DNA from: a virus
Taxonomy: Duplodnaviria > Caudoviricetes
Virus record (IMG/VR): IMGVR_UViG_3300021559_000001
Coordinates: 1 to 56,029 of that record
DNA: 56,029 nucleotides
Reading direction: 5' to 3' (one strand)
Positions 17,377 to 25,749 of the stretch are shown here, piece by piece. The notes beneath the pieces were generated by a model. That model saw nothing but the letters and a program-made list of their open reading frames with translations. It was not told where the DNA came from and made no database searches. A program made the translations under genes and the position numbers. Numbering within the stretch: position 1 is the stretch's first letter; each line of letters opens with the position of its first letter.

Positions 17377-17586
17377 TTATGGCCTTCGCGGCACGGTTGC
17401 CGGAAACAGACTCGCTCCACCGCCGAATAATTGAACCAGCACGGTGAGCAGCCAGATACAAACAGCCACAATGACAATCACCCGGATAATGCGGGCAATG
17501 GTGGCGTCCATCGGGATTTGCTCGATAACCCAGAGCACCAGGCCGACGATAGCTAAAGCTACGATGACTTGAATAATCCAGGGCAT
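17377..17586 (-). CDS. Small 2-TM membrane protein (Thivi_2564-like; possible holin)
   Basis: IVGLVLWVIEQIPMDATIARIIRVIVIVAVCIWLL pattern. Confidence 0.65.
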   Translation of the reverse strand: MPWIIQVIVALAIVGLVLWVIEQIPMDATIARIIRVIVIVAVCIWLLTVLVQLFGGGASLFPATVPRRP

Positions 17587-18159
17587 CTAGCGTCTCCTTC
17601 CTCTTTTCCCGCCCATCATCATGACTCCGAGAGTCAACACGATGGCCCCGGCGAGGTAGACCGTTGGGAACCCTGTGATGTAGGCGTCGCCTTGTAGGAA
17701 GGTGGGCAAACTCGCTTGCGGAATGATCGTGTCGCTGGTGAGTGTTCCCATCCCGCCGCATCCTCCGCATCCTCCGCCGCATCCGCAGCCGCCCAATCCA
17801 ACGAAGCTTGGAGCCCGCACATGCACGCCGATAAGCGCCTCGTCGAGTCTCCAGGCGGAATTGTCCTCTCGTAACCTTCCGGGATCCGCGGCTGTGTACT
17901 GATCGTTCCCGTACCAGAATGGCCGATCAATTCCAGCGAGCGCCGCGTTCTGAATCGCTTTCTGTGTTGTGACCGGGTTGATTTGAGATTGGTAGATGGG
18001 TGGGGCTGCTACCAGGGAGTTCGGAGAGGTCCCTTGTCTGATTGGGATTTGGGGAAGCGGAAAGCCTGCCGGTACGAAGTCTCCCATGCCTAGATCTCCA
18101 TGAATCAGGGGATTGAAGGGTAGGGGAAATTGGGCAGGTACGAATTCTTGTAAGCTCAT
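17587..18159 (-). CDS. Membrane-anchored virion protein with GCGCGGGCGGC segment
   Basis: FVPA.FPLP repeated twice; GMG/GLG motifs; C-terminal TM plus basic tail. Confidence 0.7.
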   Translation of the reverse strand: MSLQEFVPAQFPLPFNPLIHGDLGMGDFVPAGFPLPQIPIRQGTSPNSLVAAPPIYQSQINPVTTQKAIQNAALAGIDRPFWYGNDQYTAADPGRLREDNSAWRLDEALIGVHVRAPSFVGLGGCGCGGGCGGCGGMGTLTSDTIIPQASLPTFLQGDAYITGFPTVYLAGAIVLTLGVMMMGGKRGRRR

Positions 18160-18331
18160 AAAGTTGCCTCTGTGATGAACCGCCGTTGCTCTGTCGGCGA
18201 CGAGTCAAAATTGCCAGTGCGCGGCGATAGCGTGCGCCGGTAGGATTGCCAGGCTTGGTACTCGATGCGGATCTGGGTCGCTGCGTAAATCACCGCGCTA
18301 CAGAAGTTGAAGAAGGGTTCCATGCCGGTTC

Positions 18332-18949
18332 TCATCGGAGTTTAACCGCCATAAATAGGAAGAAACCGACTGCCGCGATAAGCAGCAGCGTTGAGCCTTT
18401 GGTGAAGTCCAGCACGCAAGTGGTGCAATCGGTGCTCGGGCTCATGAATGAACCAAACACTCCCGCTGCGCAGCTAGCCGCCTGAATGGCGCATAGATCG
18501 CTCGATGCCTGTTTCATGCCCGCCCTGATTGCGGCGTTCTGGAGTGATTGCTGCTGGAGCGCCTGACAGGTCAACAGATCGTTTGCGTCTTGAGCGGTAA
18601 CAACGGGCCGTCCGTCACACGGGCATGGAGAAACCGACGCTGGGCAGGCGAACACGGGAACATTCGCAAATCCCGCCGCATCAATCGGCGGAGGTGGAGG
18701 CGCGACTATAGGGATACTTCCCGCCGCTTGATCCAATGCCGCGAGGTCCTGAGCCACTTTTGAACAATACGAACTGCCCGGAGGTCCAAACATCGCGGCA
18801 TTGGCATCCCCGAAATCTTTGCAGGCCTGCGAGGCGAACGTCGTACCGAACCAATTTCCTTGGCAGCATATTTGAAAGAAGTTGGCAGGCGTGATGTTGC
18901 CGCCCGTATCGACATAGGTTGCCCCCATTCCGCGCAGCGCTACGTTCAT
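18332..18949 (-). CDS. Cys-rich membrane-anchored virion protein
   Basis: LRGMGA N-terminus; C-terminal TM. Confidence 0.7.
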   Translation of the reverse strand: MNVALRGMGATYVDTGGNITPANFFQICCQGNWFGTTFASQACKDFGDANAAMFGPPGSSYCSKVAQDLAALDQAAGSIPIVAPPPPPIDAAGFANVPVFACPASVSPCPCDGRPVVTAQDANDLLTCQALQQQSLQNAAIRAGMKQASSDLCAIQAASCAAGVFGSFMSPSTDCTTCVLDFTKGSTLLLIAAVGFFLFMAVKLR

Positions 18950-19182
18950 TTCTGCAACCTCTCCACCGCCCGTACAATTCGCGTGCCGACTTTTCCCACG
19001 GGAGTATGCGGTCCCAAGTTCTCTTCAAAGCACGCCTGTATTTCTTCCTCGAGAACCGAGCAGCCTAATTTCATGATCGGGTTGCCGTGTACGTCCAGAA
19101 GCTTTTGAAATACTCCATGAGCGAGCTGATCGAGCCGCCCTTGGGGACTGGGATGAGAGGCAGTCAACTTCTGATTCTTCAT
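18946..19182 (-). CDS. Hypothetical protein (78 aa)
   Basis: ATG 19182 (MKNQKL) overlapping the upstream stop. Confidence 0.5.
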   Translation of the reverse strand: MKNQKLTASHPSPQGRLDQLAHGVFQKLLDVHGNPIMKLGCSVLEEEIQACFEENLGPHTPVGKVGTRIVRAVERLQK

Positions 19183-19772
19183 CGCTTGCTCCCCATCATC
19201 ACCAATCCAATAATGACCACCACAGCAACACCCAGCATCGTGTTGCTCACGCCTGGAATGATCGAGGGACTCGGCACGCATGGCCCCGTGGAATATTTGT
19301 AGCCACTGGGACACGCGGTAGCCGTCGTCCTTTGAACCGTTCCCGCCGTCAAACCGGATGCAATTTGCGCCGCCGTCAATGCCAGCGATGCCAGGGTGGA
19401 AGCTTGTGATACCCCTGTCGCACTCACGGGAACATTCTGTAAGAGCCAGGCTGATGCCGAGGTCTGCTGCGCCGCCAGTTGTGCCGGAGTCAATACAGCG
19501 CCAGGCGTTACGGCCCCGGAGGTAATTGTAAAGAGCGTACTCGGATCGACGCCGGCCGCTATGGCCCCAGATGGATCGTATCCATACGCATCTGCCGGTT
19601 GGACGCCTTGAGCAATCAACTGACTATAGAGCGACGCCCCTGGATCGGAACTGGGAGCCGCAAGGGGAGCAATGTCCGTGAAGCCTGCGGGGTCCAGACC
19701 GTTCCCCATCCCGTATTGCGGAGCTCGTAGTTGGACGTTCACATCAGCCACCTTGAAGCGGGGAGGGACCAT
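19179..19772 (-). CDS. Membrane-anchored virion protein
   Basis: YGMGNG motif; C-terminal TM plus KR. Confidence 0.7.
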   Translation of the reverse strand: MVPPRFKVADVNVQLRAPQYGMGNGLDPAGFTDIAPLAAPSSDPGASLYSQLIAQGVQPADAYGYDPSGAIAAGVDPSTLFTITSGAVTPGAVLTPAQLAAQQTSASAWLLQNVPVSATGVSQASTLASLALTAAQIASGLTAGTVQRTTATACPSGYKYSTGPCVPSPSIIPGVSNTMLGVAVVVIIGLVMMGSKR

Positions 19773-20209
19773 CCGTACACTTCATGCGTTGGAATGGGCC
19801 GATACGCGCCTAATCCCGCTCCGCTCGCCAGATTCCACCATTCTTGAAACGTCAACTGTTCAAAGCGATTCGCGGGAGTCAGATAGGTTCCTGGATCGGG
19901 CGCCGCGATTCCTCTCACTCCCTGGTAATACGCTCCCCATTGGTCCGCCGTCCCAATGGTGAAGTTGTCTTTATTGGCTGCCGCAAGAACCATTTGCTCC
20001 GTCGTGAGCGGATTGGTTGGGGGCTGAATCGTGATGCCGGTCGGTACTTGCGTCGAGGGAAGCGTGCTCGCGGGTTGCGTCGGGAGCGGAGGCGCCGTTG
20101 CGGTTCCTCCGAACAAAGCGGATATTCCACCCTTGGACTGGATGTATTGGTAGATCAGATAGGCGCCGATGGCGATCAGTCCATATTTGAGGAGGTCTTT
20201 TTGTTCCAT
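19739..20209 (-). CDS. N-terminally anchored virion protein, paralog of the C-domain of 20663
   Basis: N-terminal TM; DQW..YY...DP...T..EWW..GLGA. Confidence 0.7.
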   Translation of the reverse strand: MEQKDLLKYGLIAIGAYLIYQYIQSKGGISALFGGTATAPPLPTQPASTLPSTQVPTGITIQPPTNPLTTEQMVLAAANKDNFTIGTADQWGAYYQGVRGIAAPDPGTYLTPANRFEQLTFQEWWNLASGAGLGAYRPIPTHEVYGWSLPASRWLM

Positions 20210-20432
20210 CAGAAGCCTCCTTGGGGTTGAATCCGTGCTCTCTGCGCTATGATTGCTGTTGCGAGCGCGATCCTAGGCACATTGGCCGCGCACTGGCAAG
20301 CATAGAGCCGCAACGTACAGATGAGCCCAAACAAAAAGACTAAACTCAGCGCTAGAACGGCAAGTTTTGCAAACGTGCTCCATCCTCGAAACCGGAAGGC
20401 TTGCATCATGGCGCGATAAAGAAAATCCGGCT

Positions 20433-20666
20433 TCATAATGGTTTGGTCTCGACGGTCGTAACAATTTTGGCTTTCGGTAGCGCTGCGGCGATCCGCTCTT
20501 TAATTACTGGCTCCTCGTCGCTGAATCGGTTGATATCGCCTAAGTCGATTTGCGCCTCACCGACATGGTTGATGAGCAGCACGCTGGGATTCTCGGTTCC
20601 TTGCCCGTACTGGACGATCAAGTCCGCTCTCGCCGCTCCGCTCGATAGGCTGATGATGGCGCTCAT
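20433..20666 (-). CDS. Hypothetical protein (77 aa)
   Basis: ATG 20666 (MSAIISL) overlapping the upstream stop. Confidence 0.5.
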   Translation of the reverse strand: MSAIISLSSGAARADLIVQYGQGTENPSVLLINHVGEAQIDLGDINRFSDEEPVIKERIAAALPKAKIVTTVETKPL

Positions 20667-21487
20667 AGCAACCACGGGCTCCCGATCCCGCCTCCTACAA
20701 ATGCCGGAACGAACATGCCGAGTCCTGAAAGGCTGAAGCCCGCCACCTGGTTTTGCATGAGCTGATACCACTGGTCAATGGTGATGGGTGTGGTTCGATC
20801 CCCTATGGTGCCATCCGTCAAATTTGCGCCCACGGCGTTATAGCCGGTTGGGTCGATGTTGCCTGGGTCGACGGGGCAGGCGTTGCCGGAAATCTGCGTG
20901 TAAAAGTAGCACCATTCGTCGGTGCTGAACAATGCGCCACTGGCCAGCGCTGCCATTTTCTGCAACGTGGTTTGAATTGGTGGAGCGGGTACGCAAGCGC
21001 CCGCGCCATTGTCCACTAGGCCGCCAGTGCAAACGAGAGGTTGGTTCTGAGGAGCGGGTTGCACAACTGTCCATCCGCATTTCCCATCCGCTTGCTGGCT
21101 TATGCCGTTCAGTACCGCGACGGTTCCGGCCGCTGGACATCCTTGCGGTCCTCCTCCCAAAATCTTTGCCGCTGCCGCATCCGCTGCTGCCTTTGCGGCT
21201 GCGGCCGTCGCTGCTGCGGCTGCCGCTTGATCCGCCACGGCTTTTGCCGCCGCTGCGTCGGCTGCTGCTTTCTGCGCCGCCGCCTGGGCGGCCGCGTCGC
21301 CTGTATTCTTTTGAGCCGCTGCCGCTAAGACCGCTGCTTTATCGGCTGCCGCTTTCGCCGCTGCCGCCGCTGCTGCCGGATCGACCACCGCTGCCGCCAC
21401 GGTCACATTGAACGGCCACAGCTTTTCTATGTAGGCGTAGGCGAGGTATCCCCCGACGCCGATCAGGAGAATGGTCGTGGTGTCCAT
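20663..21487 (-). CDS. N-terminally anchored Ala-rich coiled-coil virion protein
   Basis: MDTTTILLIGVGGYLAY TM, AAAKAAAD repeats, C-domain DEW..FY..DP..DQWY..GLGM. Confidence 0.7.
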   Translation of the reverse strand: MDTTTILLIGVGGYLAYAYIEKLWPFNVTVAAAVVDPAAAAAAAKAAADKAAVLAAAAQKNTGDAAAQAAAQKAAADAAAAKAVADQAAAAAATAAAAKAAADAAAAKILGGGPQGCPAAGTVAVLNGISQQADGKCGWTVVQPAPQNQPLVCTGGLVDNGAGACVPAPPIQTTLQKMAALASGALFSTDEWCYFYTQISGNACPVDPGNIDPTGYNAVGANLTDGTIGDRTTPITIDQWYQLMQNQVAGFSLSGLGMFVPAFVGGGIGSPWLL

Positions 21488-21498
21488 CTGCTGGGGCA

Positions 21499-22182
21499 CT
21501 ACTTCCCGCCTCCAAATAAAATTGCTCCAGCAATCGCCGCTATCGCTAGTCCAAGCAAACAATTTCCAAGTGTGGTAGTCGCCGGTCCGCAGGGATCGGG
21601 TTGACCGCAAGCCTCCGCGGCCGTCTGTGTAATCGAGGGCATGGGAGCAATCAACATGGCGCGGGTGAGAACCAGCTTCAGCGGTCCTGACTGGGGAGCG
21701 GGCTGCCGGCATCCGGGAATCTGATCCGCCCACGGTGCACATCTTGGATCGAGGCAGGAACTCACTCCCGTGTACCCCGCATTGGCGCAATCGGCGATGA
21801 GTTGCGCCCCTGCTTTCGATTGCGGAACGGCGCCGCACGCGATCTGTAAGCACGTATCCTCGTCCGGTTCGGGCCGGCCGTAATGCGCCATGAAATCCGC
21901 CGGTGATACCGCTCCCATCCCGCAGCCTTGAACCTGAGCCACGCCGATGGTCGGAGAGAGATCCGCTGGGCTGAGCATGCTTGGTTGCAAGGCTGGGGGA
22001 ACTTCAAAATCCGGGTAGTAGGTGAAGCCTGTAGGATGATTGTCGTTTCGCAGCCATCCCATCTCCTGATCGAATACTGGGGAGAGCTGGGTGATGTCGA
22101 AGGTGGATTGAGAAGGGGCTGTAGCATTGGTGATGAAGCCGGAGCCGCCTTCTTCTGTGCAGTACTCGATTACACCCAGCAT
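21499..22182 (-). CDS. Cys-containing membrane-anchored virion protein
   Basis: AAGGA RBS right after motif C'; GMGA; C-terminal TM. Confidence 0.65.
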   Translation of the reverse strand: MLGVIEYCTEEGGSGFITNATAPSQSTFDITQLSPVFDQEMGWLRNDNHPTGFTYYPDFEVPPALQPSMLSPADLSPTIGVAQVQGCGMGAVSPADFMAHYGRPEPDEDTCLQIACGAVPQSKAGAQLIADCANAGYTGVSSCLDPRCAPWADQIPGCRQPAPQSGPLKLVLTRAMLIAPMPSITQTAAEACGQPDPCGPATTTLGNCLLGLAIAAIAGAILFGGGK

Positions 22183-22244
22183 AAATTTCCTTTGGATTGA
22201 ATCCGTGCTGTCTGCGCTATGATTGCTGTTGCGAGCGCGATCCT

Positions 22245-22463
22245 ATGCAGCCTGCTGAAAAGCGCCTCTCCAAAACAATAAAGTCCATGCTTAATCGGCA
22301 TGCGGTGTTTCTTTTCGGAAACCGTTTCGGAGACTGCCCCGAAGTAGCACAGTATATTGTGGTGGCTCTTTGTAATTTTCAACTGCCGCGAGACTGCCGA
22401 ATCGAATTGTCCCGCGCAACGGCAAGCACGGAACCGCAACCGACAGGACCACCCAAACAATAG
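22245..22463 (+). CDS. Small cassette protein (72 aa)
   Basis: ATG directly after motif C', ends in motif B (RATASTE); same layout as 6578. Confidence 0.5.
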   Translation: MQPAEKRLSKTIKSMLNRHAVFLFGNRFGDCPEVAQYIVVALCNFQLPRDCRIELSRATASTEPQPTGPPKQ

Positions 22464-22465
22464 GT

Positions 22466-23410
22466 TCATCGCTTCACCATTAAAAATATCCCTACTCCTA
22501 CAGCCGCTAAGATTGCCCACATGGGAACAGAAGTTCCTCCGAGACTCACAGTCCCAGTGAAGAAACTGGAAGCCGTCGAACTCCCCGTCGCTGGAGTCGA
22601 AGTCGACCCGCCCGGGGCCGCAACCGTGAACCCGAAGGAAGCAACCTGCGTCGGACCCACTTTCCAGACTTCCTGCCAGCTTCCAATCTGATCGGAAGTA
22701 ATTTGCCCGTTGTAGCTGAAGTTTCCTTGGGCGTCTGTCGATCCGGTGTTCCCTACCGCGTTCGCTCCATTCTGCCCGCCTGTCACGGTAACTGGAGCAT
22801 TCGGCGAAGCACCTGAGATTTTCACTTGCCACTTGTCCCCGACTTGGAAGACGCCATTATTGCCGGAGGTCAGATTCGTAAAGGTGAACGATAATGGCGC
22901 CGCCTGGGCCGGAGGATTCGAACCCCCTCCCGGCAATGGCGGCCCGGTATAAACTGGCACGCCGGAAACCGGATTCCCATTGGCGTCGAGAATCAATTGC
23001 GATCCGCCCGGTCCAGCGCCGGCGTCGGACGTGTAACCGCCCGCGGGCGTCAGTCCATAGGTGCGAGAGGCGCAATCGGCTGGAGCGATTCCCTGGTTGA
23101 CGCAGTTGGTATAGTCCACCTGGAAATTCGCGTTGTTCGCCAGTTGCATCCGCGTTTGCTGCGCCTGGTGGAGTAGCGCTTGGCAGGTATCCGAGAATGC
23201 CGTCCCCCCTGGCCCTGCGTCTTGCAAGCACGATGGATTTGCAACTGCAGCCGGGGCAACGTAGGCTGCTCCACCTCCGCCGCCGAATTGCGCTTTGTAA
23301 GCATCCGCCATGGCTTGCTGTGCGGGAGTGTAGCCAGGCGTTAAGCCCATGCCGCGGAACGGGAATAAGGGAAATGGAGCTTGACGGACGGGCCGGAGGT
23401 CGAGGTTCAC
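22466..23410 (-). CDS. Membrane-anchored virion protein with an Ig-like C-domain
   Basis: RGMGL; beta-rich domain; C-terminal TM plus KR. Confidence 0.7.
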   Translation of the reverse strand: MNLDLRPVRQAPFPLFPFRGMGLTPGYTPAQQAMADAYKAQFGGGGGAAYVAPAAVANPSCLQDAGPGGTAFSDTCQALLHQAQQTRMQLANNANFQVDYTNCVNQGIAPADCASRTYGLTPAGGYTSDAGAGPGGSQLILDANGNPVSGVPVYTGPPLPGGGSNPPAQAAPLSFTFTNLTSGNNGVFQVGDKWQVKISGASPNAPVTVTGGQNGANAVGNTGSTDAQGNFSYNGQITSDQIGSWQEVWKVGPTQVASFGFTVAAPGGSTSTPATGSSTASSFFTGTVSLGGTSVPMWAILAAVGVGIFLMVKR

Positions 23411-24093
23411 AGGATCACCGCCGCGATCACCAGGCCGACACCAAGCAGTAAAGGCACGGGAAGCCCGGCCACTGTCGAGGTCGACGCCGAAGAGAGATCA
23501 ATACTGCTGCCCGATGAACTGGGACCGGCGTCTGGAATCACGTTCGGGTCGGTCGCAATCGGTACTCTATACGCTGTGATCCAATCGCATCCCGTGTGCC
23601 CTGGATTCGGACACCATGGCGCCGTACCCCCTTGCACCAGCCGTTCACTGATACACCGTTGGCCGGATGTTCCAAGCGCCGGATTCGAGCATCCCTGCTG
23701 AACCTTGTTAAGCGCTGCGTCGATCAGTTCAAGATAGGCCGCCTGGTTGGTTTGCGTCTTCTGTGAGGCGGGAAGGGATTGCCAACTCGCCTCCAGTTGA
23801 TTCAGTTGCGTCTCGATCTGATCGACAATGTGAGTCGCTTCGATGTTGGTTATATTCGGCGCGAACAAGCTGCCGATGAGACTTGTCAGTGCCCCCACGG
23901 CCGCGACAATCGCGCCGGGGAGCTGCCCGCCCGGTATCATGGCGATCACGCCGCCCGCGCTGAGAAGTCCAGACCCGATGGCGGAAGTGATCGGCCGCAC
24001 ATCACCCAAGCCGCGGTAGTATCCCAAGTCTCCAAGGCCTGGATGCCAGTAGGTTTGAGAATAGAAGGCGCGTTGGATTTGCGATTGCGTCAT
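23407..24093 (-). CDS. Membrane-anchored virion protein
   Basis: GLGDLG..RGLGD; hydrophobic hairpin; C-terminal TM. Confidence 0.7.
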   Translation of the reverse strand: MTQSQIQRAFYSQTYWHPGLGDLGYYRGLGDVRPITSAIGSGLLSAGGVIAMIPGGQLPGAIVAAVGALTSLIGSLFAPNITNIEATHIVDQIETQLNQLEASWQSLPASQKTQTNQAAYLELIDAALNKVQQGCSNPALGTSGQRCISERLVQGGTAPWCPNPGHTGCDWITAYRVPIATDPNVIPDAGPSSSGSSIDLSSASTSTVAGLPVPLLLGVGLVIAAVIL

Positions 24094-24347
24094 CGTTTCG
24101 CCCGTGCAACCTTCTTTAATGAGAAGCGTGTCAGCCCGTGATTCTTGGCATACTTCTTGGCCGCTGTCTTGGTTCGGAAGATCAGCGCCCCTTTCTTCTT
24201 CGGGTTCGACTTGGGCTTGCCCACCGTGCCCCCGATGACGCGGGCGATGGTCTTCGCCGCCCCGCGCGAGCTGGCCTTGACGAAAAACTTGCCTTGGCCG
24301 TCATAGACCCGGTTCGGATTCGCGCGCCGCTTCTTTCGTTTACTCAT
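24090..24347 (-). CDS. Small very basic Asn-Pro protein (putative DNA-binding core)
   Basis: KRKKRRANP..KSNPKKK. Confidence 0.7.
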   Translation of the reverse strand: MSKRKKRRANPNRVYDGQGKFFVKASSRGAAKTIARVIGGTVGKPKSNPKKKGALIFRTKTAAKKYAKNHGLTRFSLKKVARAKR

Positions 24348-24670
24348 CGGTTTTTCGCCATCCAGAATGCTCCTATAGCCAGAGCAATCAATAGAACCGT
24401 GCCGCCCGACATTCCCCCGCTGACTACGCCCGGTTGAACCGCCAGGTATCCGGTTGCTGTATTCGCGTAGGGATTGTAGCTCTGCTGGAGTTGCCCGCTG
24501 AGAAGCGTCGTCTGATAAGCCTGCTGGGCCGCGAGTAATGCCGCGGTTGCCACTTGAGCCGCAGCCGCGTCACTGGCAGCATCTCCAAGTCCCACTGATC
24601 CAACTGCGCTTCCGCGAGGACCGAGGAAAGGCATAGGAGGACGTCCGGGGAAGGGAGTAGCTATGTCCAC
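24344..24670 (-). CDS. Membrane-anchored virion protein
   Basis: AAAGGA RBS before GTG 24670; VGLGDA; C-terminal TM. Confidence 0.6.
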   Translation of the reverse strand: MDIATPFPGRPPMPFLGPRGSAVGSVGLGDAASDAAAAQVATAALLAAQQAYQTTLLSGQLQQSYNPYANTATGYLAVQPGVVSGGMSGGTVLLIALAIGAFWMAKNR

Positions 24671-24930
24671 AATGTTTCCTTTTCTGTGGATAAACCGCCG
24701 TCGTGCTGCCTTTGAAGGTTTCCGGTAATCGAGCCCGCCGTGGTTGTGATTGTGCCTGATGGCGCAATGTGAATGGGTGGCATCACGCAGCCCGTCATCG
24801 TAAATGTGGCTGCCTGAGGTATCGTTTGAATCTGAATTGGTCTGCGACCCACCTGAACAGTCGCGCCGGCCGCCGCGCTCCCGCGATTCAGAAGCGGTTT
24901 CCAAAACAGTAGCCAAAGTAAACGCTTCAT
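24661..24930 (-). CDS. Hypothetical protein ending through motif A
   Basis: ATG 24930 (MKRLLW) overlapping the upstream stop. Confidence 0.45.
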   Translation of the reverse strand: MKRLLWLLFWKPLLNRGSAAAGATVQVGRRPIQIQTIPQAATFTMTGCVMPPIHIAPSGTITTTAGSITGNLQRQHDGGLSTEKETLWT

Positions 24931-25670
24931 CGCAACACCAGCCAGGCAAGAATCCCTAATCCCACCAAAACCAAACCAGACCAATCGAACCCATCAATGG
25001 GCCACTCTCGTTTCTTTCCATACGGATTCGGAGCTTCCCACCCTGGATAAGGACCGTGTGAAACATCCAGAGCGATTCTTCCGGAAGGCGGATAGCAAGC
25101 CGCGTACACATGAGAGTAACGATTCGGGTCTCGAGGGTCGACGGCCACGGTTACAAAGGAACACGGAATGCCAAGAGCTCGTAGCAAGGAAGGCGTGTAC
25201 TGAGCAAAGCCGTCGCAGTCTTCCAGGGGCCGATTCATCTGGGCAAGATCCTGGGGCCGTACCAGCCACTCCACAATCTCTCCGCTGAAATTCCCAGCCC
25301 ACGGCGCCGAGGAAACCTCGTCCCGCTGGAAGCCTACCTTATTCTTCACGTGCCAGAACGCATCCGAGCACGGATCGCCTGAACCATTGGCGGCTACATA
25401 TTGAGCCTCCTGCTGGATCGGAGCCGAGCCCGAATCGGCTTGCACGTACCGCCGCATCATGTCGATGGTCTGCGCTACCTGGGTGTCTGGATCGGCAGAC
25501 AAGGGGATCGCGTGCCAGTTCACTACTTCACCAAACGCGGGATGGTAGGCTGCGCCTGTCATGAATTCCGCCCGGTCAAGCACGGGAGCCTGACCGGGGT
25601 TGCCGGGGAGAATCACATCGTATCGGTTGACATCAGGCCCAAGCTTGGACCGTAACACCTTGACAATCAA
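24927..25670 (-). CDS. Transglutaminase-like (Cys-His-Asp) protein, putative virion maturation protease, C-terminal TM
   Basis: EDCDGFA..LLRALGIP..FVTV..YSHVY..ALDVS. Confidence 0.75.
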   Translation of the reverse strand: MIVKVLRSKLGPDVNRYDVILPGNPGQAPVLDRAEFMTGAAYHPAFGEVVNWHAIPLSADPDTQVAQTIDMMRRYVQADSGSAPIQQEAQYVAANGSGDPCSDAFWHVKNKVGFQRDEVSSAPWAGNFSGEIVEWLVRPQDLAQMNRPLEDCDGFAQYTPSLLRALGIPCSFVTVAVDPRDPNRYSHVYAACYPPSGRIALDVSHGPYPGWEAPNPYGKKREWPIDGFDWSGLVLVGLGILAWLVLR

Positions 25671-25749
25671 GTAGATGTTTTAGTATATATAGGACTCTCG
25701 TATCGAGTAGGGTACATGCTGTCCTATTTCAGTCACGCTGGAGGCCGTC

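Noticed and set aside
18290-18335. Possible degenerate partner sites (also ~3400, ~4015, 42068, 48807)
   Set aside because: Only partial matches by eye; not counted until scored with a PWM
21160-21400. GCC/GCT-rich low-complexity DNA as a repeat element
   Set aside because: Explained by the Ala-rich coiled coil of ORF 20663-21487
22905-22935. tRNA T-arm-like GGGGGTTCGAATCCTCC on the minus strand as attP or a tRNA fragment
   Set aside because: Lies in frame within a structural gene (GGGSNPP), has no matching cloverleaf, and no integrase is present
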